Assembly: GCA_030640495.1 (NCBI GenBank)
Contig: DAOWJH010000086.1
Coordinates: forward strand, 1 to 32,895
Reading direction: 5' to 3'
Length of the DNA stretch: 32,895 nucleotides
Source of the DNA: Dehalococcoidia bacterium
Lineage (GTDB): Bacteria; Chloroflexota; Dehalococcoidia; Dehalococcoidales; DAOWJH01
The translations under genes were made by a program, and so were the position numbers. Positions 7,631 through 16,821 of the stretch are shown here, piece after piece; position 1 is the stretch's first letter, and each line of letters opens with the position of its first letter. Under the pieces are notes generated by a model. That model had not been told where the DNA came from, did no database searches, and worked only from the letters and a program-made list of their open reading frames with translations.

Positions 7631-9244
7631 ATGGCTTCCCAAGTATTTTATCGTAAGTGGCGCCCCCAAACCTTGGCTGAGGTGGTCGGTCAAGAAGCGG
7701 TAACACGGACGTTATGCAACGCCCTCAATAGTGGTCGTGTATCTCACGCCTATCTTTTTTATGGTCCACGAGGGACAGGTAAGACCAGCACCGGGCGCAT
7801 CCTGGCTAAGGCAGTGAACTGTCTTACCAATGGCAAGGGTGAACCGTGTAACACTTGCCCTATGTGCCAGGCAATCACCGAGGGTAGGGCTCTGGATGTG
7901 ATTGAGGTTGATGCTGCCAGTAATCGTGGCATTGATGACATCCGAGGCCTCCGCGACCGGGTTAATTACGCCCCTAACCAAGCCCGCTACAAGGTCTACA
8001 TCATAGACGAGGTCCATATGCTGACCAAGGAAGCCTCCAATGCTCTACTTAAGACGCTTGAGGAGCCACCGCCACATGCTATCTTCATCCTAGCCACCAC
8101 TGAAATCCACAAAGTCCTACCCACCATCCTGTCACGATGCCAGCGCTTTGATTTCCGGCGTATTTCCCAAGCAGATGTAGTGTCAAAACTAACCCGTATT
8201 TGCGAGACAGAAGGCATCCACATAGAGCCAGAAGGGCTACAGCTTATCGCCAAGAGTGCTACAGGTAGCCTACGAGATGCAGAAAACATACTGGAACAAC
8301 TAACTACCTACTATAGCGATAACATTGAACTCCGTCAGGTTCAGGCCACCCTGGGCATCACCGGAGACTGGAGAGCCAAAGAGCTAGTGAAGCACATTAT
8401 GAATAATGATGTTGCTGGCGGGGTGGTAACTATAAACAGTGTTAATAGCGATGGGCTGGACTTAAAGCAATTCAATCGGGAAGTAGTGGAATACCTCAGA
8501 GGATTACTGTTAATAAAGGCTGGCTCCGATGAGGCGGTAGACCTTACTGCCGAGGACAAAGCTGAGCTGAAGAGTTTAGCAGCTAAAGCCTCCCTAGCTC
8601 AGATATTGAAGGCAGTCAAGCTCTTCGGTCAGCTTGAGCTTGGTTTTGATAACTACTCTACCTTACCCGTGGAGCTAGCCCTAGTTGACTGTGTCCTGCC
8701 CTCAGAAGCAGAAAGGGAAACCCCCGCCAGCCAAACAGGACGTGAAACTGGTCAACCGGTGAAAAGGGCGGCGCCGCCAGTTGCCCCCGCTCACCCAGCC
8801 AAGCCACCGCCTGAGCCGGTAAGTGCCCCCCCACCAGCAGCACCGGAGGCGGCTATAACTCCCCCACCAGCAGTACCAGAGGTTACGGCTATAACTCCCC
8901 CACCAGAGCCAGGGAGTGAATTGGAGCAACTGAAATTAAACTGGAAACAGGTTATGGCACAAGCTCCGGAAGATACCAAAAGAACGTCGGCTATTGCCAT
9001 TCTGAGGAGCGCTGGCGTCAAGCCGGTGGCGTTTGAAGATGATACTGCAGTCCTAGCCTTTAGATATTCGTATCATATGGAGAAAATAGAAGAACCTGAA
9101 AATCAAAAGGTAACTGAAAAAATTATCGGCAACTTCCTGGGGCGTTCTTGCCATGTGCGCTGTATTTACCAGCCAGAAGATAACCACCTAGTACGGGAAG
9201 CACAGAAGATGGGTGGTCAAATTATTGATATGGAGGAAAAATGA
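7631..9244 (+). CDS. dnaX: DNA polymerase III subunit gamma/tau
   Basis: FYRKWRPQTLAEVVGQE, Walker A GPRGTGKTS, Zn-module CNTCPMC, DEVHML, SRCQRF. Followed by a Pro/Ala-rich linker and a C-terminal domain. Confidence 0.95.
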   Translation: MASQVFYRKWRPQTLAEVVGQEAVTRTLCNALNSGRVSHAYLFYGPRGTGKTSTGRILAKAVNCLTNGKGEPCNTCPMCQAITEGRALDVIEVDAASNRGIDDIRGLRDRVNYAPNQARYKVYIIDEVHMLTKEASNALLKTLEEPPPHAIFILATTEIHKVLPTILSRCQRFDFRRISQADVVSKLTRICETEGIHIEPEGLQLIAKSATGSLRDAENILEQLTTYYSDNIELRQVQATLGITGDWRAKELVKHIMNNDVAGGVVTINSVNSDGLDLKQFNREVVEYLRGLLLIKAGSDEAVDLTAEDKAELKSLAAKASLAQILKAVKLFGQLELGFDNYSTLPVELALVDCVLPSEAERETPASQTGRETGQPVKRAAPPVAPAHPAKPPPEPVSAPPPAAPEAAITPPPAVPEVTAITPPPEPGSELEQLKLNWKQVMAQAPEDTKRTSAIAILRSAGVKPVAFEDDTAVLAFRYSYHMEKIEEPENQKVTEKIIGNFLGRSCHVRCIYQPEDNHLVREAQKMGGQIIDMEEK

Positions 9245-9546
9245 ACTTATCAATGTTAAATCAAGCTCGGGAATTCAAAGCAAATCTGGACAAGGCCCAG
9301 CAGGAGTTAGGCAACACTATTGTAGAAGCAAGCTCAGGCAAAGGCGCAGTTAAGGTTACCATCAATGGTCAACAAAAAATACAGTCAATAAAAATATCAC
9401 CAGAGGTGATAGACCGGGATAAGGCAGAGCAACTGGAAGATTTGGTGTTAAAAGCGGTAAGTGAAGCGGTTGCCAAATCTCAGAAGCTGGCTGCCAAGCA
9501 GCTAAAGGGACTTACCGGCGGGCTCAAAATCCCGGGGCTAATTTAA
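9241..9546 (+). CDS. ybaB: YbaB/EbfC family nucleoid-associated protein
   Basis: 101 aa. The start overlaps the dnaX stop (ATGA at 9241-9244). The classic dnaX-ybaB-recR gene order is present. Sequence includes ...GKGAVKVTINGQQKIQSIKISPEVID. Confidence 0.88.
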   Translation: MNLSMLNQAREFKANLDKAQQELGNTIVEASSGKGAVKVTINGQQKIQSIKISPEVIDRDKAEQLEDLVLKAVSEAVAKSQKLAAKQLKGLTGGLKIPGLI

Positions 9547-9563
9547 TATAAGGCAGGCTAACA

Positions 9564-10175
9564 TTGAATGAAGGTTTTACCCCTACCACCGACGCGGTAT
9601 CCAAGCTCATTCAGGAGCTGAATAAGCTGCCGGGGATTGGACCCAAGAGTGCCCAGCGACTTGCCTACTACCTGCTGCGCACTCCTGAAGAGCAAACCAA
9701 GCTGCTGGCTGAGACTATATTATCAGTAAAACAGAAGGTTACACTATGCTCCGTCTGTTTTAATGTTACTGAATCCAACCCCTGCGCTATCTGCGGCAGT
9801 GACCGGCGAGACCGGGGTAAGATTTGTATTGTTGAGCAGCCACAGGATATTTTGGCTCTAGAGCATACCAAGATTTATAACGGGCTGTATCATGTGCTTC
9901 ACGGTGCCATCTCACCTACCGAGGGAGTGGGAACTGGCGATATAAAAATAGATGAGCTTATGAAGCGTCTGCAAGACGGCTCAATAAATGAGGTTATTTT
10001 GGCTACCAACACTAATCTTGAGGGCGAGCAAACCGCTATGTATCTAAATAAGCTGATTTCACCCCTGGGTATCCGGGTTACTCACCTCGCCCGGGGACTG
10101 CCCTTTGGCACCGAGCTGGAATACGCCGATGATGTTACCCTGACCCGAGCCCTTGAGGGAAGACAGGAGTTTTAG
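9564..10175 (+). CDS. recR: Recombination protein RecR
   Basis: [17 protein letters not shown] helix-hairpin-helix, Cys4 zinc motif CSVC...CAIC, and a Toprim region (ICIVEQPQD). TTG start as given by the ORF track. Confidence 0.92.
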   Translation: MNEGFTPTTDAVSKLIQELNKLPGIGPKSAQRLAYYLLRTPEEQTKLLAETILSVKQKVTLCSVCFNVTESNPCAICGSDRRDRGKICIVEQPQDILALEHTKIYNGLYHVLHGAISPTEGVGTGDIKIDELMKRLQDGSINEVILATNTNLEGEQTAMYLNKLISPLGIRVTHLARGLPFGTELEYADDVTLTRALEGRQEF

Positions 10176-10199
10176 CCAATAAACGGGGAGGTAATATTT

Positions 10200-10685
10200 A
10201 TGGCCAATGTATATGAGCAATCAGAAACAGGGTGCTGCCCGAGATTTAATCCTGAGCCGTGGGATGAAAAAGAGATAAGTTGGGAGGATAACTTATTTAT
10301 TAAAGACCACGTCAGGAGTTTTTTGCACATCCCTTTGGGCTTCGGGAAAGTAATGGTTAAAAATATGGAAATGATTAAGGCGGCAGACGCCCTTGCCCCC
10401 GAACCGCTTATGCTTTCGGATGAAAACTCTCTCTGGGGAAGTGATGTTTATATTGCCGTTAGTAAAGAAGTGCCGCAGGCGGAGATGGTAAGAATATCAG
10501 GGACTTTTCTGACCAAGGTTTTTGAGGGGCCATATAAAAATATCGGCAAATGGGTCAAAGAAATGAAGGCTCATGTCAAAGCAAAGGGTAGAGAGATGAA
10601 AAAAATGTATTTCTTCTATACTACCTGTCCGGCATGTGCCAAGGTTTATGGCAAAAATTACACAGTTATCCTGGCAGAGGTTTAG
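10200..10685 (+). CDS. Conserved hypothetical protein (161 aa) with N-terminal CCP and C-terminal CPAC motifs
   Basis: Good Shine-Dalgarno site (GGGGAGG) and a clean ORF. No family was recognised with certainty. Confidence 0.55.
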   Translation: MANVYEQSETGCCPRFNPEPWDEKEISWEDNLFIKDHVRSFLHIPLGFGKVMVKNMEMIKAADALAPEPLMLSDENSLWGSDVYIAVSKEVPQAEMVRISGTFLTKVFEGPYKNIGKWVKEMKAHVKAKGREMKKMYFFYTTCPACAKVYGKNYTVILAEV

Positions 10686-10747
10686 GCGAGAAATTTTGGA
10701 AGAGAAGGCAGGAGTTTTAGTAACGGAGGCTGCTTAAAGAGTAGTTT

Positions 10748-10770
10748 GAAGGGGCGAAGCCCCTTCTTTT
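10748..10770 (+). terminator. Candidate intrinsic terminator after the 161-aa gene
   Basis: GAAGGGGC-GAA-GCCCCTTC forms a perfect 8-bp stem with a GAA loop, followed by TTTT. Confidence 0.5.
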
Positions 10771-10820
10771 AATCCATCCCCCTCTCCTTGATAAGGAGAG
10801 GGGGATACAGGGGGAGAGGT
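10748..10820 (+). repeat. Intergenic two-hairpin repeat element, copy 1
   Basis: Hairpin 1 has a GCGAAGC core. Hairpin 2 is TCCCCCTCTCCTT-gat-AAGGAGAGGGGGA (13-bp stem, 10777-10805). It is followed by ATACA and GGGGGAGAGG (10810-19). By eye it is ~75% identical to 15305-15378. Confidence 0.65.
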
Positions 10821-10948
10821 TCAATCGAAATAAGGTAAATTTGGATTAAGTGAACTTTGAGTTTATCTATGTGGTAGGCATATACTATTTTTAAAAGGGG
10901 TCCCCCAAATGCCCGATGAAACACCAGCGGCTACAAAGGAGACTAGAT

Positions 10949-12322
10949 ATGGGCATGTCGGATTTATTTAACCCAAATGTGGAAAGGCTGAAAGCTAAGG
11001 GAGATGTTAAAGGCTTGATAAAAATGTTGGAGAACAAGAGAGAGCGGAGTGCTCGATTGGGTGCAGCCGACGCTCTGGGAGATATAGGCGATGCAACAGC
11101 AGTAAAACCCCTCATCCAGGCATTAAAAGATGAAAATAGTGATGTTCGGATGGTATCAGCATGGGCTCTTGGAAAAATACCAGATACAGCAACGGTAGAA
11201 CCCCTCATCCAGGCGTTAAAGGACGAATACCGAGGTGTTCGCTCGGAAGCAGCACGCGCCCTTATAGACATAAGAGACACGAGAGCAGTAGAACCCCTCA
11301 TCCAGGCTCTGAAGGATGACCACTGGGAAGTTCGGTTGCACGCAGCGGAAGCTCTTAAACAGATAGGGGGTGCAACAGCGGTAGAACCGCTCATGGGTGC
11401 CTTAAAGGATGAATATGACGATGTTCGAACGGCAGCATCAGAGGCTCTGGTAAAGATAGGGGACGCAAGGACAGTAGAACCTCTCACCCAGGCTCTAGAG
11501 CATTCGCTTCATCATGTGCAATATGAGGCAGTAGAGGCTCTGGCAAACATAGGAAAACCAGCACTGGAAGGTCTAATTCAAGCCTTGAACAGTGAGGATA
11601 TAGTTGTTCGAGCGAGAGCAGCAAAGGCTCTGGCAGAGATAGGGGACGCAAGGGCAGTAGAACCCCTCATTCAGGCTCTGAAGGATAAAGATTGTCGGGA
11701 TGATGCACTATTGGCAGTAACAAACGCGCTTGAAAGGATGGGAGATGCGGCAGTAGAACCACTCATTCAGACTTTGAAGGACGAAGATAGCAGCGTCCGA
11801 TGGAATGCAGCAACAGTTCTTGAAAACCTGGACTGGGAGCCTAGAGGTGATGCTGAAAGGCTTGACTACTTGGTTGCCATGCAAAGGTGGGATGAACTAG
11901 TAACATTAGGAGCACCGGGGCTGGAGCCAGCCATCCAGGCATTGAACCATGAAAGTCGCTTTATTCGCCTCGCTGCAACACATGCTCTTGAACAGACAAG
12001 GGATGCAAGAGCAGTAGAAGCCCTCATCCGTGTGTTGAGGGATGATGAAGACTGGTATGTTCGAATGAGTGCAGCACACACCTTGGGGGAGATAAGAGAT
12101 GAGAGGGCGATAGAGTCCTTCATACAGGCTTTGTTAGAGGATGAAGATAGCAGTGTTCGGGGGAAAGCAGCAATGGTTCTTGGAAAGATAGGTGATGAAA
12201 GAGCGGTAGAAGCCCTCACTCAGGCACTAAAAAAGGAGAAAAATGAATTTGCTTGGGACAATGCGAATGAAGCTTTAAGCAAGTTGAAAAAGAAGAAAAA
12301 CGAGGATGTTAAACAAGAGTAG
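10949..12322 (+). CDS. HEAT-repeat protein (PBS-lyase/EZ-HEAT-like repeats, about 13-14 units)
   Basis: A ~31-aa unit [31 protein letters not shown] is repeated throughout. I prefer the ATG at 10949 (AAGGAG at 10936-10941, 7-nt spacer) over the ATG at 10916 in the ORF track. Confidence 0.85.
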   Translation: MGMSDLFNPNVERLKAKGDVKGLIKMLENKRERSARLGAADALGDIGDATAVKPLIQALKDENSDVRMVSAWALGKIPDTATVEPLIQALKDEYRGVRSEAARALIDIRDTRAVEPLIQALKDDHWEVRLHAAEALKQIGGATAVEPLMGALKDEYDDVRTAASEALVKIGDARTVEPLTQALEHSLHHVQYEAVEALANIGKPALEGLIQALNSEDIVVRARAAKALAEIGDARAVEPLIQALKDKDCRDDALLAVTNALERMGDAAVEPLIQTLKDEDSSVRWNAATVLENLDWEPRGDAERLDYLVAMQRWDELVTLGAPGLEPAIQALNHESRFIRLAATHALEQTRDARAVEALIRVLRDDEDWYVRMSAAHTLGEIRDERAIESFIQALLEDEDSSVRGKAAMVLGKIGDERAVEALTQALKKEKNEFAWDNANEALSKLKKKKNEDVKQE

Positions 12323-12328
12323 TTAAAA

Positions 12329-13114
12329 ATGCCTAAGCCAAGAAGTTATCAGACGGAAGCGATTATTATTAAGAAAACCAAGCTGGGGGAGGCGGATAGA
12401 ATCCTTACCTTCTATACTCCTCACCTGGGCAAGATTCAGGCGGTAGCCAAGGGGGTCAGGCGGCCGAGGAGCAAGATGGCGGGGCATCTTGAGCTTTTAA
12501 CCCACAGCCTGGTGTCGTTGGCCAGGGGGCGAAATCTGGATACGGTAACCGGGTGTCAAACTATCAACAGCTTCCTTCTTCTAAAAAGCGACCTAAGGCT
12601 TGCTTCTTACGGTCTTTACGCCACCGAGCTAGTTAACCAGTTCACCGCTGACCATATTGAAAATTATCCCCTGTTTCAGTTGCTACTGGAGACAATGCAC
12701 CGCCTGTGCCAGAGCAGCAATAATGAACTAACCCTGCGCTACTTTGAGCTTCAGCTATTAAACGAGGTTGGCTACCGACCTCAGCTTCAGCAGTGCGTCT
12801 CCTGCCACCTGCCACTGGAACCTACAACCAACTCATTCAGCCCCAGCGCTGGCGGTGTGCTGTGCCCCAATTGCAGTCAGAGCCAGCCTTTAGCCTACCC
12901 CCTCTCAGTTAACGGCCTAAAGGTGCTAAGACTTTTGCAGAGCAGCGATTACAGCACTGCCGAGAAACTAAAAATGAACCCAGAACTAGCCGGTGAGTTA
13001 GAGGGGTTAATGAGGAACTACCTCAAATACCTCCTGGAACGAGAGATAAAGTCAGCCGCCTGGCTGGATAGCCTGAAGGAGCAAACCAAGGAAACGGCTT
13101 TACTACAGGAGTAA
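12329..13114 (+). CDS. recO: DNA repair protein RecO
   Basis: N-terminal OB-fold-type sequence (YQTEAIIIKKTKLGEADRILTFYTPHLGKIQAVAKGVRR) and zinc motif CVSC...CPNC. Length of 261 aa is typical. Confidence 0.85.
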   Translation: MPKPRSYQTEAIIIKKTKLGEADRILTFYTPHLGKIQAVAKGVRRPRSKMAGHLELLTHSLVSLARGRNLDTVTGCQTINSFLLLKSDLRLASYGLYATELVNQFTADHIENYPLFQLLLETMHRLCQSSNNELTLRYFELQLLNEVGYRPQLQQCVSCHLPLEPTTNSFSPSAGGVLCPNCSQSQPLAYPLSVNGLKVLRLLQSSDYSTAEKLKMNPELAGELEGLMRNYLKYLLEREIKSAAWLDSLKEQTKETALLQE

Positions 13115-13206
13115 GAAAATATATAATAGCCAATAAGTAAAAATACGGCTGAGAGGCTAAGAACCCTCGGTCTTTTTACTATGATATATGTGAGGACAGG
13201 AGAGAG

Positions 13207-14685
13207 ATGACATCCAGATTAGACCGCATAGCTCAACAACGATTGGAAAAGCTGGAGAGGCTTCGGGCTCGTGGCATTAACCCCTACCCACATCGCTATC
13301 ATCGCAGCCACACGACACAGCAAGCCATTGCCCTACTCAAGCAGCAAGAGGAAGGCGGTGGTAAGGGTGAAACCCCGGTAGTTAATATTGCCGGGCGAAT
13401 TATGGCAAGACGGCGTATGGGTAAAATTTCTTTCCTTGATATACGCGATGGTTCAGGGAAAATTCAGCTATACTTTCATAGCGACCTTGTCAGTGAAGCC
13501 AACCTCAAACTGCTCAAGGATATAGATATAGGCGATATTATCGGAGCCAGTGGTAAGCTTTTCCGAACAAAGAGTGGAGAGCCTACCCTTGAGGTAGAAA
13601 ATTTTACCCTGCTGTCTAAATCACTCCGACCCCTGCCTGAGAAGTGGCACGGGCTTAGTGATATTGATACGCGATACCGTCAGCGCTACCTTGACCTCAT
13701 CGCCAATACCGAAGTTGGAGAAATCTTTAAGGTGCGCAGCCAGGTTATTACTGGCATACGGCAATTCATGGATAGGCGAGGGTTTCTAGAAGTAGAAACG
13801 CAGGTGCTGCAACCGTTAGCCGGGGGTGCTTTAGCCCGACCATTCATTACGCACCATCTTGCCCTTGACCAAGATTTCTACCTGCGCATTGCCCTTGAAC
13901 TCCATCTTAAGAGATTAATTGTAGGTGGTTTTGATAAAGTCTATGAGGTGGGGCGTATTTTTCGCAATGAGGGTATCTCTACCAAGCACAATCCTGAGTT
14001 TACCATGCTTGAAAGTTACGAAGCCTATGCTGACTACAATGATGTGATGGAGATGGTAGAGAAAATGGTATCGGGCACCCTTAGAAAAATCACAGGCGGA
14101 TATAAGATTAGGTTTGGTGATAATGTGCTTAACTTTAAACCTCCGTGGCAGCGACTTAGCCTGCACCAGGCGATTATGAACTACGCCGGCGTTAACTTTG
14201 ACAAATTTCCTGACACCGATTCGCTCAGAGGTGAGATGCTAAGGTTAAAAATGGAGGTTGACCCTCAAAAGGACAGGGGGAGGCTGATAGATGAGCTAAT
14301 TTCAACCTATGTTGAGCCCAATTTGATACAGCCTACCTTTCTTCTGGATTATCCGATAGAGATATCGCCCCTAGCCAAGAAGAAGCCTGATAATGAGTGT
14401 CTGGTAGAGCGTTTTGAAGGCTTTGCTGGTGGAATGGAAATTGCCAACGCTTTTACCGAGCTTAATGACCCTATAGACCAAAGACAGCGTTTTCTCCAGC
14501 AGCAAAAGCAGCAGGCAGAGGGTGAGGCAGGGGTTATTGATGAGGATTTTGTGCTGTCACTGGAGTATGGTATGCCTCCTACCGGGGGGCTGGGACTTGG
14601 TATTGACCGCCTGGTGATGCTAGTAACCAATCAGCAATCAATTCGTGAGGTAATTCTGTTCCCTCAGCTCAGGGAGAAGACATGA
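13207..14685 (+). CDS. lysS: Lysine--tRNA ligase, class II
   Basis: N-terminal OB anticodon-binding region, then class II motifs (FLEVETQVLQ, RIALELHLKRLIVGG, YEVGRIFRNEG, GLGLGIDRLVML). Confidence 0.95.
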   Translation: MTSRLDRIAQQRLEKLERLRARGINPYPHRYHRSHTTQQAIALLKQQEEGGGKGETPVVNIAGRIMARRRMGKISFLDIRDGSGKIQLYFHSDLVSEANLKLLKDIDIGDIIGASGKLFRTKSGEPTLEVENFTLLSKSLRPLPEKWHGLSDIDTRYRQRYLDLIANTEVGEIFKVRSQVITGIRQFMDRRGFLEVETQVLQPLAGGALARPFITHHLALDQDFYLRIALELHLKRLIVGGFDKVYEVGRIFRNEGISTKHNPEFTMLESYEAYADYNDVMEMVEKMVSGTLRKITGGYKIRFGDNVLNFKPPWQRLSLHQAIMNYAGVNFDKFPDTDSLRGEMLRLKMEVDPQKDRGRLIDELISTYVEPNLIQPTFLLDYPIEISPLAKKKPDNECLVERFEGFAGGMEIANAFTELNDPIDQRQRFLQQQKQQAEGEAGVIDEDFVLSLEYGMPPTGGLGLGIDRLVMLVTNQQSIREVILFPQLREKT

Positions 14686-14694
14686 GGAGAGAAA

Positions 14695-15270
14695 ATGTCG
14701 CTCGTGCCAGCCTTTGAAATAGGTGTGTGGAATGCCTGGATTTTCACGCTTTATCTCCCATTACATCCTTTCTTAATAATGCTGATTGTTAAAGATGCCA
14801 ACAAAAAAATGGAATTTCCTGCCTATAACAAGACCGAGAAAATAATTAGCACTTTTACGAACTTTATTTTATTTTTTGGGCTCTTTATATATTCTGTATT
14901 TCTGCCCTTACAATTAGGCACGATATGGTTTTATGTAGGCCTTGCTCTTTGTGTATCGGGAGTGATTGTGTGGACAATGGCTATGGTGAATATTGCTAAT
15001 ATTCCTCTTGGTGAGCCATGGGTCAAGGGACTTTATCGTTTTTCAAGACATCCCATGGTTCTGTCTTCGTTTCTAATATTCATAGGTGCAGGTATAGCTT
15101 CAGCCTCATGGGTTTTCTTATTGTTTTCGATTGTGCTCATAATCTTGTCGGCTATTCTTATAACTGCCGAAGAGCGCTTCTGCCTTGAGAAATACGGCAA
15201 CGCCTACCGTGAATATATGAATAGAACGCCAAGATGGATAGGAATACCGCAATCGGGGGAAAGTGATTAA
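14695..15270 (+). CDS. Membrane methyltransferase family protein (ICMT/PEMT-like)
   Basis: Multi-transmembrane ORF with the C-terminal signature RFSRHPMVLSSFLIFIGAGI...AEERFCLEKYGNAYREYMNRTPRWI, typical of isoprenylcysteine carboxyl/phospholipid methyltransferase-like proteins. Confidence 0.65.
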   Translation: MSLVPAFEIGVWNAWIFTLYLPLHPFLIMLIVKDANKKMEFPAYNKTEKIISTFTNFILFFGLFIYSVFLPLQLGTIWFYVGLALCVSGVIVWTMAMVNIANIPLGEPWVKGLYRFSRHPMVLSSFLIFIGAGIASASWVFLLFSIVLIILSAILITAEERFCLEKYGNAYREYMNRTPRWIGIPQSGESD

Positions 15271-15304
15271 CATGCCCCTTCATAAGAAAAACAAAAGGAG
15301 TTAA

Positions 15305-15378
15305 AGAGAAGCGAAGCCTCTCTTATATAACTACTTCCCCCTCTCCTTTGAAGGGGAGGGGGATAAAGGGGGAGAGTT
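15305..15378 (+). repeat. Intergenic two-hairpin repeat element, copy 2
   Basis: AGAGAAGC-GAA-GCCTCTCT (8 bp, 1 mismatch). Then TCCCCCTCTCCTT-tg-AAGGGGAGGGGGA (15336-15363, 1 mismatch). Then ATAAA and GGGGGAGAG (15368-76). It has the same architecture and the same position (between two + strand genes) as copy 1. Confidence 0.65.
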
Positions 15379-15405
15379 GGCAATCAATTTTATGAGGGAA
15401 GAGGT

Positions 15406-16653
15406 ATGCTTGACCTGAAGTTTATACGGGAGAATATAGATTTGGTGCGAGAGGCAGTAGAGAGTCGCCAGGATACTGCCCCGCTGGATGAAATTCTAGG
15501 GCTTGATTCGGAGCATCGCCAGAAGATACTTGAGCTGGAGGGCTTCAGGCACGCCAGAAAAGAGGTTGCCCGGGAAAGAAAAATGGGCAAAGAGATTATG
15601 GATGAGGGGCGGGGACTGCGCACCAAGATAAGGGCATTAGAGGAAGAGGTAAGAAGCCTAGATAAACAACTGGAAGAGCTTCTATTACAGGTGCCTAATA
15701 TCCCCCAGCCAACAGTGCCCTCAGGCAAGGGTGAGGAGGATAATGTGGTGGTGCGCTCGTGGGGAGAGCCTAGAAGCTTTGATTTTCAGCCAACTCCCCA
15801 CTGGAAATTGGGCGAGTCTCTGGACATCATTGACTTTGAAAGGGGGGTAAAGCTATCAGGCACTCGTTTCTACGTGCTCAAGGGGTCAGGTGCCCGACTG
15901 CAAAGAGCCCTCATCTCTTTTATGCTTGACCTGCACACCACCGAGCACGGCTATCAGGAGGTATATCCGCCATTTATGGTCAAGAGGGAGTGTATGGTAG
16001 GCACCAGTAATCTGCCCAAATTTGCTGATCATTTATATCATGATGAAGAGGATGACTTCTGGTTCATACCTACGGCTGAGGTGCCACTTACCAATCTACA
16101 CCGTGCTGAAATTATACCGCCGGGAACTCTACCCATTTATTATGTAGCCTATACCGCCTGTTTTCGTCGGGAAAAGATGTCAGCAGGGAAGGATACACGG
16201 GGCATAAAACGAGGTCACCAGTTTGATAAGGTGGAGATGTACAAGTTTACCGAGCCATCCACATCTAGCCAAGAGTTGGAGAAAATGGTACATAACGGGG
16301 AAGAGGTCTGCCAGAGGCTTGGGCTGCCGTACCGGGTGAAGCAACTGTGCACTGCTGATTTAGGCTTTGCGTCTACTAAATCCTATGATATTGAGATATG
16401 GGCTCCGGGGTGTGGTGAGTGGTTAGAGGTAAGCTCCTGCTCCAACTGCGGTGATTTTCAAGCCCGGCGAGCCAGCATCCGCTACCGCCCCTCCCCTGAG
16501 GCTAAACCCCAGTTTGTCCATACTCTAAACGGCTCAGGGCTAGCCCTGCCCCGGGTGCTCATTGCCGTAATGGAGAACTACCAGCAAGCCGACGGCAGTA
16601 TCTTAATTCCCGAAGTGCTCCAGCCATTTATGGGAAAGAAGGTGATTAGATAG
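15406..16653 (+). CDS. serS: Serine--tRNA ligase
   Basis: N-terminal coiled-coil arm (MLDLKFIRENIDLV...) and class II core (GTRFYVLKG, TAEVPLTN, FRRE, GSGLALPRVLIAVMENYQ). Confidence 0.95.
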   Translation: MLDLKFIRENIDLVREAVESRQDTAPLDEILGLDSEHRQKILELEGFRHARKEVARERKMGKEIMDEGRGLRTKIRALEEEVRSLDKQLEELLLQVPNIPQPTVPSGKGEEDNVVVRSWGEPRSFDFQPTPHWKLGESLDIIDFERGVKLSGTRFYVLKGSGARLQRALISFMLDLHTTEHGYQEVYPPFMVKRECMVGTSNLPKFADHLYHDEEDDFWFIPTAEVPLTNLHRAEIIPPGTLPIYYVAYTACFRREKMSAGKDTRGIKRGHQFDKVEMYKFTEPSTSSQELEKMVHNGEEVCQRLGLPYRVKQLCTADLGFASTKSYDIEIWAPGCGEWLEVSSCSNCGDFQARRASIRYRPSPEAKPQFVHTLNGSGLALPRVLIAVMENYQQADGSILIPEVLQPFMGKKVIR

Positions 16654-16792
16654 ATTATTAGTAATTCCGTATTCGGTCCGAACTTAGAGATGAATATAAA
16701 AAAATTTGAAGTAATAACAGAATAGATGGATAAAGTCAATGCCAGTGTTTAACAGCTATATCCTGACTTTAGTAGTTGTGCATTGATACCCC

Positions 16793-16821
16793 TTGACAAA
16801 GCCTGAATAATATGTTATTAG
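16793..16821 (+). promoter_or_regulatory. Candidate promoter of TRAP operon 1
   Basis: TTGACA (16793-98), 17 nt spacer, TATTAG (16816-21) preceded by TGT. The same TTGACA-N17-(TGT)TATTAG arrangement is found upstream of TRAP operon 3. Confidence 0.5.

Noticed and set aside
7712-9021. Several 60-100 aa minus-strand ORFs inside dnaX
   Set aside because: They overlap a confidently identified essential gene and have no start context. The Pro-rich linker region is naturally stop-poor on both strands.
10891-12219. Minus-strand ORFs 10891-11487 and 11866-12219, opposite the HEAT-repeat gene
   Set aside because: These are antisense artefacts of a repetitive, stop-poor coding region. The + strand product has an unmistakable HEAT-repeat consensus.
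13146-13176. Possible intrinsic terminator after recO (the T-run at 13172-13176)
   Set aside because: I could not draw a convincing stem; at best there are 4-5 bp with bulges preceding the T-run.
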